Source of the DNA: Halalkalibacterium halodurans
Lineage (GTDB): Bacteria; Bacillota; Bacilli; Bacillales; Bacillaceae_D
Direction of reading: 5' to 3'
Assembly (NCBI RefSeq): GCF_004376175.1
Contig: NZ_SNUY01000017.1
Coordinates: 28,529-60,528, forward strand
Length of the DNA: 32,000 nt
The position numbers and the translations under genes were made by a program. This document shows, one piece after another, positions 31,041 through 32,000 of this stretch (the first letter of the stretch is position 1; each line of letters opens with the position of its first letter). The notes beneath the pieces were generated by a model. That model made no database searches. It was not told the origin of the DNA and worked only from the letters and a program-made list of their open reading frames with translations.

Positions 31041-31092
31041 AATAAAAAATAGAGAGGCACTCATCCCAATAAGTCTGGGTGGGTGTCTCTCT
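31041..31092 (-). terminator. Long hairpin terminator closing the repeat region
   Basis: AGAGAGGCAC(TC)ATCCC...GGGT(GG)GTGTCTCTCT forms a stem of about 16 bp (31051-31092). On the minus strand it is followed by ATTTTTTATTT. Confidence 0.6.
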
Positions 31093-31293
31093 TCCCTTTT
31101 TATCCTCTGCTAAACTTTGTTGTTGATTTTCGCTACAGGATGCTCGCTTGTCTCGGGCATTGCCTCAGCTTCCTCGGGAAAACCGCCCTGCGAGACCTTC
31201 GCCGAATGCTTTTCTTTGGCGCCTTTTCATGGTGTGACCATCGGCTTTCCAGTGATGACTCTGCTCCTTCGGATCAACGCTCTTCAGCGCTCT

Positions 31294-31421
31294 TTTCTAC
31301 TTCAGATGACCGGCGAGCTTTTTTGTCAGCTACGCTCGTTCCCTCCTGTCACGTATGTTGGTATACGCTCAGTCCGTCTCTCCCTTGCTTCCGCAAATCT
31401 CTTGGTCCTCCTTGTAGAAAC
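31294..31421. repeat. 128-nt direct repeat, copy 1 (on the 3' side of the 5S gene in gene orientation)
   Basis: It aligns without gaps to 31593-31720 with about 12 mismatches, counted by eye. Confidence 0.9.
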
Positions 31422-31440
31422 AATTTTACTTTTTGACAAT

Positions 31441-31468
31441 AAAAAAGCACAACCCGATTGGATTGTGC
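31441..31468 (-). terminator. Rho-independent terminator immediately after the 5S rRNA
   Basis: Minus strand: GCACAATCC-AATC-GGGTTGTGC 9-bp stem followed by TTTTTTATTG. Confidence 0.8.
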
Positions 31469-31474
31469 TTTATC

Positions 31475-31590
31475 GCTTGGCAGCGTCCTACTCTCGCAGG
31501 GGGAAGCCCCCAACTACCATCGGCGCTGAAGAGCTTAACGACCGTGTTCGGCATGGGAACGGGTGTGGCCTCTTCGCTATCGCCACCAAA
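31475..31590 (-). rRNA. rrf: 5S ribosomal RNA (116 nt)
   Basis: The minus strand reads TTTGGTGGCGATAGCGAAGAGGCCACACCCGTTCCCATGCCGAACACGGTCGTTAAGCTCTTCAGCGCCGATGGTAGTTGGGGGCTTCCCCCTGCGAGAGTAGGACGCTGCCAAGC, a near-canonical Bacillus 5S sequence. Confidence 0.95.
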
Positions 31591-31592
31591 CC

Positions 31593-31720
31593 TTTCTACG
31601 TCAGATGATCGGCGAGCTTTTTTGTCAGCTACGCTTGTTCCTTCCTGTCACGTATGTTGATATACGCTCAGTTCGTCACTCGCTTGCTTCCGCAAATCTC
31701 TTGATCCTCTTTGTAGATAG
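31593..31720. repeat. 128-nt direct repeat, copy 2 (immediately 5' of the 5S gene in gene orientation)
   Basis: See copy 1. It starts 2-3 nt from the 5S 5' end. Confidence 0.9.
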
Positions 31721-31722
31721 TT

Positions 31723-31744
31723 ACGGCTTCCGATCAACGTCGCA
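31723..31744. repeat. 22-nt perfect direct repeat, copy 1
   Basis: acggcttccgatcaacgtcgca is identical to 31877-31898. A degenerate relative (cttcggatcaacgc) lies at about 31266-31280. Confidence 0.9.
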
Positions 31745-31876
31745 TTTTGGTGTCATCTTCACTCCTCCAGATCCTCACGTACCGTGTGTACGCTCCGGTC
31801 TGTCGTCGCTCAATTCCTAAAACTGCTCGTTTCTCGAAACCCTTTTCTTTGGACCTAAGAGAATAATCTCTTGATC

Positions 31877-31898
31877 ACGGCTTCCGATCAACGTCGCA
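31877..31898. repeat. 22-nt perfect direct repeat, copy 2
   Basis: acggcttccgatcaacgtcgca. It is preceded by aatctcttgatc, as is the end of the 128-nt unit. Confidence 0.9.
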
Positions 31899-32000
31899 CA
31901 TGGTGCGATGTTGTATCGAAGCTTCTTTGGAGAACAAGATTCTCTCAAAACTAGATAATGGGACGCTTCTCGAGTTCGAGACGTTGCTTTTGATTTGTTT

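Noticed and set aside
31266-31292. A 12-nt stretch (minus strand GCGCTGAAGAGC) is complementary to an internal segment of the adjacent 5S rRNA (AAGCTCTTCAGCGCC).
   Set aside because: The match is short. It also sits inside a local direct repeat (AAGAGCG twice) and a self-complementary context. Chance is the simplest explanation.
31349-31396. A 15-codon minus-strand mini-ORF (TTG CGG AAG CAA ... ACG TGA) follows AAGGAGG in repeat copy 1 and is conserved in frame in copy 2 (31648-31695).
   Set aside because: The two copies differ by 3 non-synonymous and 1 synonymous changes, so there is no sign of purifying selection. The SD-to-start spacing is about 10 nt with a TTG start. The third partial repeat copy has no such ORF.
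31083-31820. Plus-strand ORFs of 75-163 aa (31083-31436, 31117-31608, 31433-31660, 31563-31820).
   Set aside because: One runs straight through the 5S rRNA gene and its terminator. The plus strand here is CT-rich, so stop codons are rare by composition. No RBS is present and the translations are repeat-derived.

Overview
This window is the origin-proximal housekeeping and sporulation block of a Bacillaceae chromosome, in reverse orientation relative to the B. subtilis 168 map. Gene order runs (yabM)-spoVT-mfd-fin-pth-ctc-prs-glmU-spoVG-yabJ-purR-ispE-sspF-veg-yabG-ksgA-rnmV-yabE-yabD-metS ... abrB-yabC-yazA-yabB-yabA-yaaT-holB-yaaQ-tmk-yaaO-csfB-5S rRNA. Every gene except abrB is on the minus strand. 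Identifications rest on recognisable protein sequences in the ORF track plus synteny recalled from B. subtilis. Several ORF-track starts were trimmed to internal ATG/GTG/TTG codons that have Shine-Dalgarno sequences. Many rho-independent terminators, a metS T-box leader and several promoters can be read directly from the sequence. Two regions depart from the conserved layout. (1) A two-gene operon at 20395-23205 encodes a HerA-like FtsK/HerA-clade ATPase and a NurA-like nuclease. It is wedged between metS and abrB, shares a 195-bp divergent control region with abrB that carries Spo0A-box-like sites, and ends inside the metS promoter. This is the best candidate for an uncharacterised system. 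(2) The right-hand 1 kb (about 30980-32000) has a 5S rRNA gene with no 23S sequence in the 410 nt upstream. The gene is embedded in a mosaic of degenerate direct repeats, including a 128-nt unit on both sides of it and a small hairpin that shows a compensatory base-pair change. No CRISPR array, transposase, integrase or tRNA gene was seen. Nothing here was checked against databases.
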